Positions 1-8,906 of a stretch of 64,000 nucleotides of DNA are shown piece after piece. The notes below the pieces were generated by a model. That model saw nothing but the letters and a program-made list of their open reading frames with translations. It made no database searches and was not told where the DNA came from. How positions within the stretch are numbered: the stretch's first letter is position 1; every line of letters begins with the position of its first letter. The DNA is taken from the NCBI GenBank assembly GCA_964394685.1, contig CAYMYO010000003.1, positions 16,218 through 80,217 on the forward strand. The letters are read 5' to 3'. The stretch is from an uncultured Gammaproteobacteria bacterium. Lineage in GTDB: Bacteria > Patescibacteriota > Microgenomatia > UBA10105 > UBA927. The position numbers and the translations under genes were made by a program.

Positions 1-102
1 AATTGTTCAGTATATACTCATGGCATCACATACAAAGCGTTATTCTGTTTGTTCTCAAACACGGGATCGTATTAAAAAGAACCCCACAAGCATACATATA
101 AC

Positions 103-1068
103 ATGACAATAACATGTATCATTGCGTCGTCTGGAACATCACGGGTCATCCCCGTATTAACACGGTGTATCTTGTCAATTTACGGCGCGAAAACACGAAC
201 AACAAACATCCGTGTCATTGTAACGACAAACAATAAAGATCACGTGCTGTCGTCGGTAAAAGCACACATACATAAAATATTAATTTCTCCGAGCAATGCG
301 GGTTTTGTGGGAATTAATAATAAAGCAATAAAGACAACTCTCCGTCAAAAAAATGATTATTATCTGATCATTAATGATGACGCGTGGATTAATAAAAACT
401 TTTTTACAAACCTGGAAACCATCATTCGAACAAGGCGCGATCACAGGGAAATTATTATCCCTCTCGTCTATGAATCAAAAGGCAAAAATATCGATTCTTT
501 TGGGGTTGAATATTTCCGGACTGGATATGCCAAAAATGCGTACTCCAAAACTATTTTCACTTCCCTTGCGTCCATGTCTTGTTTACTTATCCAATATAGC
601 TTTATGAAAAAAATGATAAATTTATATGGATATTTTCTCAACCCTATTCTTGTATGGTATCTGGAAGATGTGGAATTTTCAATTCGTGCAAATGCTGTAG
701 GTGCAACGTTGTACAAAAATAGTTCTCTTGTCGCAAAACACATGCGGACGTTTACGTGGGGAAGAAAAAGCTATATGGTCATGTATTACAGCTTCCGTAA
801 TCTTATCTGGACCATATATATAACCTGGCCTAAAAAGATCCTCACAAAACAGATGTTTCGGTTGTTCGCATGGCAGATTCTTGTCAGTATATATTGCCTT
901 ATTAAATACAATCCCTTTATGTATCCAAAAATCATTTGGGAAACCGTGCTCAATTGGAAAAAATTGCGGCGGTGCAGACTTCAAACCCTACCAACGTATC
1001 GTCCTTCGTTTAATTTTGAATCTTTATTTTCTCAATTGGAAATTAGGCATGACAGAGTCACCTTTTGA
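103..1068 (+). CDS. Glycosyltransferase family 2
   Basis: N-terminal GT-A fold with NAGF..INN, 'IINDDA' DxD-like motif and 'YLEDVEFSIR' motif typical of GT2. Confidence 0.8.
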   Translation: MTITCIIASSGTSRVIPVLTRCILSIYGAKTRTTNIRVIVTTNNKDHVLSSVKAHIHKILISPSNAGFVGINNKAIKTTLRQKNDYYLIINDDAWINKNFFTNLETIIRTRRDHREIIIPLVYESKGKNIDSFGVEYFRTGYAKNAYSKTIFTSLASMSCLLIQYSFMKKMINLYGYFLNPILVWYLEDVEFSIRANAVGATLYKNSSLVAKHMRTFTWGRKSYMVMYYSFRNLIWTIYITWPKKILTKQMFRLFAWQILVSIYCLIKYNPFMYPKIIWETVLNWKKLRRCRLQTLPTYRPSFNFESLFSQLEIRHDRVTF

Positions 1069-2400
1069 CCATGAGATGCTCGCAGCAAAGATAAAAAATA
1101 TCACAACAACATTATTCGGGGCAGTATTTTCAAATAGGCCATATAAATAATATGTAAGGAGAGAAACAAAAAACGTAATGAGAAATAATTTCTCTTCTTT
1201 TTGATTATTCATGGACATAGAGCGTATACACCGTAGTAGATGTGTACTTATTAAAACATTAATCCACACAAATAATAGAAGAGATACCACACCTCCTTCA
1301 GCTAATATCGTTAATAGTTCATTGTGTGAAGAAATCGGTTGTCTATTGGTCTCTGAAAAGCGGTTTGCAAGGGGAATCCGATAATCAACCCCAATAATTG
1401 GATCAACAAAATATGGATAATTCCCCATGCCTATTCCAAAAACAGGTGATGAAATAAACACATCAATTGCTTGTTGATATAAATATAACCGGCCTGTGGA
1501 AATTGTTATGTCTCTGTCAACATCTTTAAACAATAGTCTGTCTATTATATTGTAATGAAAAAAGGTAGTAGCGAAGACCAAACCGAGCGCTGTGGCCACA
1601 AGCGACATTGTTATTGGAAAAAGTAACTTATGAATTTCTATATATCGATATAAAACTAACAAAACGCTTAATATCCCTATTCCAATAATAAAACAGGTTG
1701 TTATCCAACGAAAATTAGAAACCACAAAAGCAAATGGGATAAGTAGCGATCCGATAAAAAGATATAAGCGTGGTAAAAATGCGTTTTTTTGTACAAAATA
1801 CAATGAACTGAAAAAGAATGGAAACGCCATGGTAAGATTTCCCCAATGGGGCACTCTTCCGCGAAGGAGTTCCCACTCAACGCCATATGCCGCATCACCA
1901 AACAACAACATTCTAGAAAGCGCAATGGCAGAATCACGAAACAATACCTGAAACGCGCTTGCAAAAGAAATTATGAGTGCTGTTGCGGAAATCCCCACAA
2001 TGAGAATTTTCTTTTCTTTTGAAGAAAAAGCGACAAACCGAATACATCCATATTGGATACCGGCAATCAACAGGATTCGAAATGTTGTTAATTGATACAC
2101 TACCGGAGCAACAAGAAGGGATAGCGCTTGAAACGCAATATATAACAACATTAAATAATCAATCAACTGAATAGATTTATGAAACACTCCTAAGCGCTTC
2201 ATATGCATCCACACAACTAACCCAATGAGCATCGCTGCTATTCCCGTCATTCCTCCGATAGAAGTGCGGGGTGGAATAGGAAGTAGTGTAGAAAATGTGT
2301 TGATAATCCCGAGAGCGTTCTGTACTACCAGTAATATTATAAGGGTCGTCCGAACAACCTTTTTGTTGTATACTATCTGAGCTATCCAAGGAGTAAACAT
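1024..2400 (-). CDS. O-antigen ligase/polymerase-like (Wzy_C) membrane protein
   Basis: About 11-12 hydrophobic segments; 'GRLYLY..AI..F..SPVFGIGMGNY' and 'SHNELLTILAEGG' motifs. Confidence 0.8.
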   Translation of the reverse strand: MFTPWIAQIVYNKKVVRTTLIILLVVQNALGIINTFSTLLPIPPRTSIGGMTGIAAMLIGLVVWMHMKRLGVFHKSIQLIDYLMLLYIAFQALSLLVAPVVYQLTTFRILLIAGIQYGCIRFVAFSSKEKKILIVGISATALIISFASAFQVLFRDSAIALSRMLLFGDAAYGVEWELLRGRVPHWGNLTMAFPFFFSSLYFVQKNAFLPRLYLFIGSLLIPFAFVVSNFRWITTCFIIGIGILSVLLVLYRYIEIHKLLFPITMSLVATALGLVFATTFFHYNIIDRLLFKDVDRDITISTGRLYLYQQAIDVFISSPVFGIGMGNYPYFVDPIIGVDYRIPLANRFSETNRQPISSHNELLTILAEGGVVSLLLFVWINVLISTHLLRCIRSMSMNNQKEEKLFLITFFVSLLTYYLYGLFENTAPNNVVVIFFIFAASISWSKGDSVMPNFQLRK

Positions 2401-2408
2401 GCGTCCAC

Positions 2409-2416
2409 AGTATACT
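2409..2416. promoter_or_regulatory. Palindromic AGTATACT giving a TATACT -10 box on both strands
   Basis: Lies 7 nt before ATG 2424 (+) and 8 nt before ATG 2400 (-) in a 23-bp divergent gap. Confidence 0.55.
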
Positions 2417-2423
2417 TAAAGAC

Positions 2424-3596
2424 ATGAAAAATAGAAAGCTATTAATCCTTCATACAGAATGTGTCAGCTTGCGGGGAGGAGAAAAATATCTCTATGAGAC
2501 AATAAAAAGGCTTCCTAAATCCCTACGTGTCATCCTCTGTCTTGAAACCGTTTCTCCTTATTGGAATAAACGGTTTAGCGCGCGGGGTATTGCGGTTTTT
2601 CACCTTTGGAAACCCTTGTTTGGATATTGGTTTTTTCTTCCGCTTACCGTTCTTGTAAATTGTTATCGTTTAAAAGAGGTTGTTGATGACCACACTGTTG
2701 TTCTCGCAACTAATTTTCCTTTAAATTTTTTGGCGGTGCTTCTTTCTAAGAAAACCGTTGTTTTTTGTTTCGAGCCCCTATCAATCTTTTATGATCGGGT
2801 GCGGATATGCACCATGTCTTTTCGTGCAAAGATTCTATTGATTATGGCTCGAATGTGCTATCAATGGTTTGACGCGTACGCAATACGCCGCGCCTCTGTG
2901 TTAGCAACATTAAACGCTCATGTTGCGCTATATATAAAAAATAGATACAAGCGGACACCCGATGTTTATTTACCTAATGGGGTAGACCATAAAATTTTTT
3001 TTCCAATTAATAATCGTGCTTCGCATAATCATTTAATACTGCTTCATAGCACCGATTACACCATTTTGAAGGGAACAGAGCTTCTTATTCGATCTTTAAG
3101 AAAGGTTGTCCAACAGTATCCCAATATAGAAGTTCGCATTTCAGAGAGTGTAAACAATTCCGTAGAAAAAGAAAAATATCTCGCTTTAGTGAATTCGCTT
3201 CATTTAAAAAAGGTGGTTCGGTTTATGGGAACGATATCAGAAAATCAGCTCCCTTCCTTTTACCAATCTGGTGATGTTTTTTGTTATCTGGGCTCTCCTT
3301 ATTGCGGTGGGGGATCGACGGCAAGCTTATCTGTCATAGAGGCGCAGGCCTGTGGTATACCAGTGCTTCGCTCTTTGGGTGGAGACCAAGAAATTGTTAA
3401 CTCCAAAACAGGTTATTACATTCATGACTATTCAGAAAAGGGTATTGCAAAAGCAATATTACGCTTTCTTCTGCTTTCCAATTCGAAAAGACGCTCGCTT
3501 TCTAAAGGGGCGCGACAACACGCAGTAAAACAATTTTCTTGGGACAAAACGGCCGACACACTGAGCAAAGCCGTTCAAAAAATATACTATGCGTAA
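2424..3596 (+). CDS. Glycosyltransferase family 4
   Basis: 'GGEKY' start, 'PNGVD', 'KG', 'LSVIEAQACGIPV' and 'FSWD' GT-B motifs. Confidence 0.85.
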   Translation: MKNRKLLILHTECVSLRGGEKYLYETIKRLPKSLRVILCLETVSPYWNKRFSARGIAVFHLWKPLFGYWFFLPLTVLVNCYRLKEVVDDHTVVLATNFPLNFLAVLLSKKTVVFCFEPLSIFYDRVRICTMSFRAKILLIMARMCYQWFDAYAIRRASVLATLNAHVALYIKNRYKRTPDVYLPNGVDHKIFFPINNRASHNHLILLHSTDYTILKGTELLIRSLRKVVQQYPNIEVRISESVNNSVEKEKYLALVNSLHLKKVVRFMGTISENQLPSFYQSGDVFCYLGSPYCGGGSTASLSVIEAQACGIPVLRSLGGDQEIVNSKTGYYIHDYSEKGIAKAILRFLLLSNSKRRSLSKGARQHAVKQFSWDKTADTLSKAVQKIYYA

Positions 3597-4356
3597 TGAC
3601 AAACCATTTATCAAAACCGCTTCTTTATACGACGCTATATACGCAAAAAAACAATACAGTTATGAGGCGCGGGTTATTGATAAATTAATTCGGCACTATA
3701 AAATTCAGGGAAAAGCCTTGTTAGACCTTGGATGTGGAACAGGAAAACATTGTATTGAGTTTGCTCGTCTAGGATATTCACCAACTGGAATTGATTGCTC
3801 TTTGTCCATGCTTACTGTTGCAAAACAAAACATGAAAGCCGCTGGGTGCTCTTTTAACCTCGTTCATACAAATATAAGTAATTACCAAACGCGGAAAAAA
3901 TTTGATGTTGCGGTGTCTCTTTTTCAGGTCCTTAGTTATCAACTAACAAATGATTCTGTTGTAAAATACTTTCGCTCAGCTTGTCGTTGCATTAAACCGG
4001 GTGGATTGTTTGTTTTTGATTGTTGGTATGGACCAGGGGTATTTCTTCTTACTCCTAAAAATAGCACACAAATACTCCAGTTTAACAACTCACGGTTTAC
4101 AAGAAACAAAAAATCTGTATGGGATATTGAACACAACGTGGTTCACGTACATCACACGATTTATGCCCGTGGTGTAAAAAGGACACCAGCACACGAGTTA
4201 CATTCAATGCGATATTTTTTCCTTCCAGAACTAAATCACTTCCTTTCAGTGGCGGGTTTCCGACTTCTTGAGTGGGGCAAGCTCGGCTCTCCTCTTAAAT
4301 CAGTTGGCAAGAGTCCGCCGTGGGAGGCCTGGTTGGTTGCACAAAAAAACGTGTGA
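3589..4356 (+). CDS. Class I SAM-dependent methyltransferase
   Basis: 'LLDLGCGTG' motif I, 'GIDCS..ML', 'IKPGGLFVFD'. Confidence 0.85.
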   Translation: MRNDKPFIKTASLYDAIYAKKQYSYEARVIDKLIRHYKIQGKALLDLGCGTGKHCIEFARLGYSPTGIDCSLSMLTVAKQNMKAAGCSFNLVHTNISNYQTRKKFDVAVSLFQVLSYQLTNDSVVKYFRSACRCIKPGGLFVFDCWYGPGVFLLTPKNSTQILQFNNSRFTRNKKSVWDIEHNVVHVHHTIYARGVKRTPAHELHSMRYFFLPELNHFLSVAGFRLLEWGKLGSPLKSVGKSPPWEAWLVAQKNV

Positions 4357-4360
4357 TTAT

Positions 4361-5185
4361 TTATTGAAAGTCGATAATAAATGGGGAAATAATAACTTTG
4401 GGTAGGTTAATAATTAACACATCTCCTACTTTAACCGATAAAAAATAGGCAAACACCTCGCTATTTGTAGCAAGCGTTGTTTGTATCTCTGCTGTAAGCG
4501 TGACATCTTTTTTAAACGGGTCTGTGGTTCCTATTACAACATTACTTTGTTGGTTTTGTGGGTTTGCGTTCAGAATAATTTTCTCTGCATTAACAACTTC
4601 TTTTGTCAAAATTGTTGCCCACACATCGTTTTCAGAACTGATCATCTGATCCCCAATAGAAATAGCGTCTGCTTGCCACGGATATACGTTATACCACTTA
4701 AGAACAACGGTTCTTTTTTTTTGTTGTCTCTCTGGTGACACCCCTTGTATTCCAATAACGTTTGCGTAAAGCTGAACGTTGTTGGGGGCCAAAAGAAGTG
4801 TTGCTCCAATTTCGAGAGGTGTTTGTTTATATCGATATTTTTTTGTCCATTTATTCAGGGTGGCAAGTAGTTTTGCTTTGATATATATTGTTTTCTTGTT
4901 TCCTTCGTTAAACTTTTGTACCTCCAGCAGCTCTATTTGTTTTTTCCCTTGGATAGTATATTCCACCGCCCCCTCAACAATGGGGTCGCCTAACCAATAT
5001 GGAGGGTGGGTAGTATCCCACCACCATTCACCGCCGGTTACCAACAGCTCTGCTTCTATGTGTGTGTCTTTAATAAGAAAGCTTTTTACAAACACAGCAA
5101 GACAAATAATAATAGAAAAAATAACAAAAATAAGGGCGGTGGTTTTTTTTGAAGAAGGGGTCGTTTTGTTTGAATTTTTTTTCAT
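4361..5185 (-). CDS. Hypothetical membrane-anchored protein (DUF4330-like, two similar beta domains)
   Basis: Single N-terminal TM helix; start placed at ATG 5185, 7 nt after a TATAAT. Confidence 0.5.
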   Translation of the reverse strand: MKKNSNKTTPSSKKTTALIFVIFSIIICLAVFVKSFLIKDTHIEAELLVTGGEWWWDTTHPPYWLGDPIVEGAVEYTIQGKKQIELLEVQKFNEGNKKTIYIKAKLLATLNKWTKKYRYKQTPLEIGATLLLAPNNVQLYANVIGIQGVSPERQQKKRTVVLKWYNVYPWQADAISIGDQMISSENDVWATILTKEVVNAEKIILNANPQNQQSNVVIGTTDPFKKDVTLTAEIQTTLATNSEVFAYFLSVKVGDVLIINLPKVIISPFIIDFQ

Positions 5186-5240
5186 AGAAAGCATTATATC
5201 ACTCTTTCGCTATTGACTATAAACCTTTTTACAATTATAT

Positions 5241-5259
5241 TGTGGATAACTTGTCCACA
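5241..5259. promoter_or_regulatory. DnaA boxes upstream of dnaA
   Basis: TGTGGATAA (perfect reverse box) at 5241 and TTGTCCACA (1 mismatch) at 5251. Confidence 0.8.
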
Positions 5260-5279
5260 ACCCCCTGCCGCAACGCATT

Positions 5280-6653
5280 ATGGAACCAAACACAATTTGG
5301 AAAGCGGTTTTATCAGAACTTGAAATTTCCGTTTCAAAAGCCATCTATCAAACGCAATTTGCTCATAGTGAATTATTATCCCTGAAAGACGGCGTTGCGA
5401 CGGTTGGATTAAATAATCCGCTTGTCAGAACCATGGTGGAAACCCGATATTACTCTCTCGTAAAGAGCATCTTGGATCATCACACAAATTCAAACATCAG
5501 CATTGTTTTTGTTGTTACCCAAAAAAAACTCGCGCTTTCTGACAAAGAAGCCGGGCCGTTGTTCTCTCAATCAACCATGGAATCTCCCCATGCCGATGCG
5601 GCAAGTGCCGCAAAACGCATGCATATACGGCCAGAATTTACATTTGAAACGTTTGCTGTTTCCACAACCAATCAAATTGCCTATGCTGCGGCTTCCGCTG
5701 TTGCAAAGTCTCCGGGGAGCGCATATAACCCTTTGTTTTTTTATGGTGGGGTGGGGGTAGGGAAAACACACCTCATGCACGCTGTTGCTAATATGCTTCT
5801 TTCCAAAAAACCAACGTCGCGCATTGTGTATTGTGCCGGAGAAGAATTTTTAAACGACATTATTGAAGCAATTCAAACAAAATCCGTTCGATTATTTAAA
5901 CAGAGGTATCGCTCCGCAGAACTGCTCCTTGTTGATGATGTTCAATTTATTGCAGGAAAACAAACAGCACAGGAAGAGTTTTTCCACACATTTAATGCGG
6001 TACTTCGAGAGGGCGGGCAAGTCATTTTAACAAGTGACCGATCACCGGGAGAAATTTCGCGCCTTGAAGACCGTCTCAGGTCCCGATTTGAAGGAGGGCT
6101 CATGGTGGATATTTCCCCACCAGATTTTGAACTTCGCGCGGCGATTGTTAATATCAAATCGCAGGCAATTGGTCTTCAGTTGTCTATCGACTCCTCTAGG
6201 GTTATTGCAGCAAATCTAACCGATACGCGTGCCATTGAGGGGTTTTTAAAACGCCTTACCACAGAGGTTTCTACTCATAAAACAGAGCTTACGCCCGACT
6301 CCATCACAGCTCTTTTGTCAGCGCGCGGCGCTTCTCCTTCCTCAACAACCCCATCTTCCAAAAGGCGGGTTAGTCCACAAGAAATTTTAGAAGCCGTTTC
6401 AAAATACTACGACATAAAATCAACTGCTTTAAAAGGAATTAAAAGGGATAGACCCATTGCAAGACCCAGACAGCTTGTTATGTATTTATGTAAAGTTGAA
6501 CTTGGGCTCACGCTTGATGATATAGGAGGGATGCTTGGCGGAAGAGATCACACAACCATTATGCACGGAATTGACACAATTACCCACGAACTTTCAACAA
6601 ACGAGCGCTTACGAGATGCGGTGATGGGGATAAAAAAACAACTATGGGTTTAA
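5280..6653 (+). CDS. dnaA: Chromosomal replication initiator DnaA
   Basis: 'YNPLFFYGGVGVGKTHL', 'DDVQF', 'QEEFFHTFN', 'RLRSRF' and 'GGRDHTTI'. Confidence 0.98.
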   Translation: MEPNTIWKAVLSELEISVSKAIYQTQFAHSELLSLKDGVATVGLNNPLVRTMVETRYYSLVKSILDHHTNSNISIVFVVTQKKLALSDKEAGPLFSQSTMESPHADAASAAKRMHIRPEFTFETFAVSTTNQIAYAAASAVAKSPGSAYNPLFFYGGVGVGKTHLMHAVANMLLSKKPTSRIVYCAGEEFLNDIIEAIQTKSVRLFKQRYRSAELLLVDDVQFIAGKQTAQEEFFHTFNAVLREGGQVILTSDRSPGEISRLEDRLRSRFEGGLMVDISPPDFELRAAIVNIKSQAIGLQLSIDSSRVIAANLTDTRAIEGFLKRLTTEVSTHKTELTPDSITALLSARGASPSSTTPSSKRRVSPQEILEAVSKYYDIKSTALKGIKRDRPIARPRQLVMYLCKVELGLTLDDIGGMLGGRDHTTIMHGIDTITHELSTNERLRDAVMGIKKQLWV

Positions 6654-6819
6654 AATACATAAGTTTTCCACTTGTCCTCTTTTATCAACATTTTATCCAC
6701 AGAGCTATCCACACGGTTAAGCTCTTTATTAATTTTAAATACCAGCCAGTTGACAGGCCCGCCATAAAACCATACACTTTTCAACACTGCTTATTACTAC
6801 TAATACTAATAAATAGAAT
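6654..6819. other. Replication origin oriC (dnaA-dnaN intergenic)
   Basis: DnaA boxes TTATCAACA 6682, TTATCCACA 6693, CTATCCACA 6705 and TTTTCAACA 6778, followed by trio-like TTATTACTACTAATACTA and an AT-rich tract. Confidence 0.85.
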
Positions 6820-7926
6820 ATGAAAGTTTCGATATTACAAAAACACTTATTATCTACGCTGACAAGTGTAGGAAGAATTATTTCTTCAAGGGCCCAACTC
6901 CCAATACTTCAAAACTTTTTATTAGAAACAAAAGGAAATAATTTTATTATTACTGGAACCAATACGGAAACATCAATTGTATCCAGAAGCAGCGCAAAAA
7001 TTGAAAAGGAAGGGGGAGTATGTACTCCTGCAAAACTCCTCGTTGAGTTTATTACTTCTCTTCCAGAGGGAGTAGTGGAATTGAGTGCAAAAGAAGGAGT
7101 GCTTATCATTACTAGTAATGGGTTTGAGGCATCTATCCCCTGTGTGTCAAAAGAAGAATTTCCTCCTCTTCCAAAATATGATAAAACAAAAGGCGCGGAG
7201 ATTCCAAAAGAAACGTTTTTAAGAGCGTTGGAGTCAGTTTTATTTGCGGCGGCAACTGACGAAGGGAGACCAATATTAACAGGGGTGAAGATTCAAAAAG
7301 CAGATAAAGAAACGCTTTTTGTTGCAACAGACGGATATAGGCTTTCTTTAAAGAGAGTAGATTTGGCCATGGAAGAAAACCTCGACATAACCATTCCAGC
7401 AAGAACTTTAACTGAGGTGGTTCACATTGGGCTTGGGGACGGAGAGAATAAGAGTATTATACTTAAAACAATTGATGCGTCTCAACTCGGGTTTTTCCTC
7501 GGAGAAACCGAAATTTACACGAGAATTTTAGACGGAGAGTATCCTAACTTTGAAAAAATTCTTCCTAAAAAATACACAACGAAAATTATCCTTGATAAAG
7601 AAAAGTTTCTTCAGGCGGTTAAATCAGCAAGCATTTTTGCTCGAGATAACGCAAACATCATAAGGTTTATGATGGCCGACGGAGAAATAACCATATCAGC
7701 AAACACCCCGCAAGTTGGGCAAAACAAAGTCGTTCTCGAAGGAGAGGTTGATGGGGAAGGGGGGGAAATCGCCTTTAACTCTCGTTTTGTTCTAGACTTT
7801 CTAGGTCATTTTCAGGAAGAAAAACTTCAATTTGAAATGACAGGCTCATTGAATCCCGGGGTATTTAAATCCACAGAAGACGACAGCTTCCTTCATATCA
7901 TTATGCCGGTAAGAACAAGTGGTTAG
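6820..7926 (+). CDS. dnaN: DNA polymerase III beta sliding clamp
   Basis: 'LPIL', 'VATDGYRL', 'GEYPNF', 'IAFN' and 'IIMPVR' motifs; directly after dnaA. Confidence 0.97.
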   Translation: MKVSILQKHLLSTLTSVGRIISSRAQLPILQNFLLETKGNNFIITGTNTETSIVSRSSAKIEKEGGVCTPAKLLVEFITSLPEGVVELSAKEGVLIITSNGFEASIPCVSKEEFPPLPKYDKTKGAEIPKETFLRALESVLFAAATDEGRPILTGVKIQKADKETLFVATDGYRLSLKRVDLAMEENLDITIPARTLTEVVHIGLGDGENKSIILKTIDASQLGFFLGETEIYTRILDGEYPNFEKILPKKYTTKIILDKEKFLQAVKSASIFARDNANIIRFMMADGEITISANTPQVGQNKVVLEGEVDGEGGEIAFNSRFVLDFLGHFQEEKLQFEMTGSLNPGVFKSTEDDSFLHIIMPVRTSG

Positions 7927-8906
7927 TAAGATTCCATTGCAGAGACGGCATATTTAATTATTAGATTTTCCCCACCTGCTTTTGTTGTTCCGGTAAATAT
8001 ATAGTATGGCTCGAGAAGCAGAGCCCCCTTGTTTGGATAATATATATAAGAAAAGGAAGAGAACAAAACCTCTTGAAAAGAAGGAATTTCATCGAAAAAA
8101 GATACCGCCCTCTCTCTTCCAAGTGAAATAAGCACCCCTTTTCCGTGTTGAATATTATAAACAGCCTCTTCTGTGGTAAGAATGGGCCGCTCGTGTGAAG
8201 CACCAACATCAACAACAAAACCATACATTATTGAACGGACAACACCGGCCTGATTGATAATTAACAGTGCGGAAATCTCGCCAAAAGAAGAGTTGACGAT
8301 CGTTTGGCCGTTTGGAGTTTGACAGGAAAAATAAAACCCTCGAAGCGTTTCTAACGAAACAATTCCATCAAATTGACCCGTTGATTCTTTTGCTAACACC
8401 AAAGAGCAAGAGTTGGCGGATGGGGGAAACGTTTTTTCAATGAAGTTTTTTGCTTGAGCAGCGCTAGTAATCAACCCATGAGAAAAAACAGGCTTATCGC
8501 CCTGACCAAACACCCACCTGTTTTCACCGCTTTGTTCGATGAAAACAAGAGAGGCGGTTTTGTCAGTCCATTTATAAGTAGTGGTATTTTTTGTTGATGT
8601 TTTTAGAGGAATACTAGAAAAGCCAACGCGTCTTGCAATAGAAGCCGATTCGCTGGCCGAGGTGGTTTTTTTTGAATATGAAAACACAGGAAGAACGTTT
8701 TCTGTTGCGGGGATTTTTATTGAAGAAAAATCAATTGTTGTTGGCACCCCAGGAATAATGGTTATCTGGGGCGGGAAAGAAGCCGTTCTTGGCGTTGGGG
8801 CTGAAGTTGGACCGATAATTCCACGAGGTCCTGTTTTGCTTGAAAAAACAAATCCCAGCATGAGAGCAAGAATACCAACAATAACAAAAACTGCTTTTCG
8901 TTTCAT
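7923..8906 (-). CDS. Hypothetical exported/membrane-anchored protein
   Basis: N-terminal TM/signal and Pro/Thr linker; last gene of the T4SS-like operon. Confidence 0.6.
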   Translation of the reverse strand: MKRKAVFVIVGILALMLGFVFSSKTGPRGIIGPTSAPTPRTASFPPQITIIPGVPTTIDFSSIKIPATENVLPVFSYSKKTTSASESASIARRVGFSSIPLKTSTKNTTTYKWTDKTASLVFIEQSGENRWVFGQGDKPVFSHGLITSAAQAKNFIEKTFPPSANSCSLVLAKESTGQFDGIVSLETLRGFYFSCQTPNGQTIVNSSFGEISALLIINQAGVVRSIMYGFVVDVGASHERPILTTEEAVYNIQHGKGVLISLGRERAVSFFDEIPSFQEVLFSSFSYIYYPNKGALLLEPYYIFTGTTKAGGENLIIKYAVSAMESY

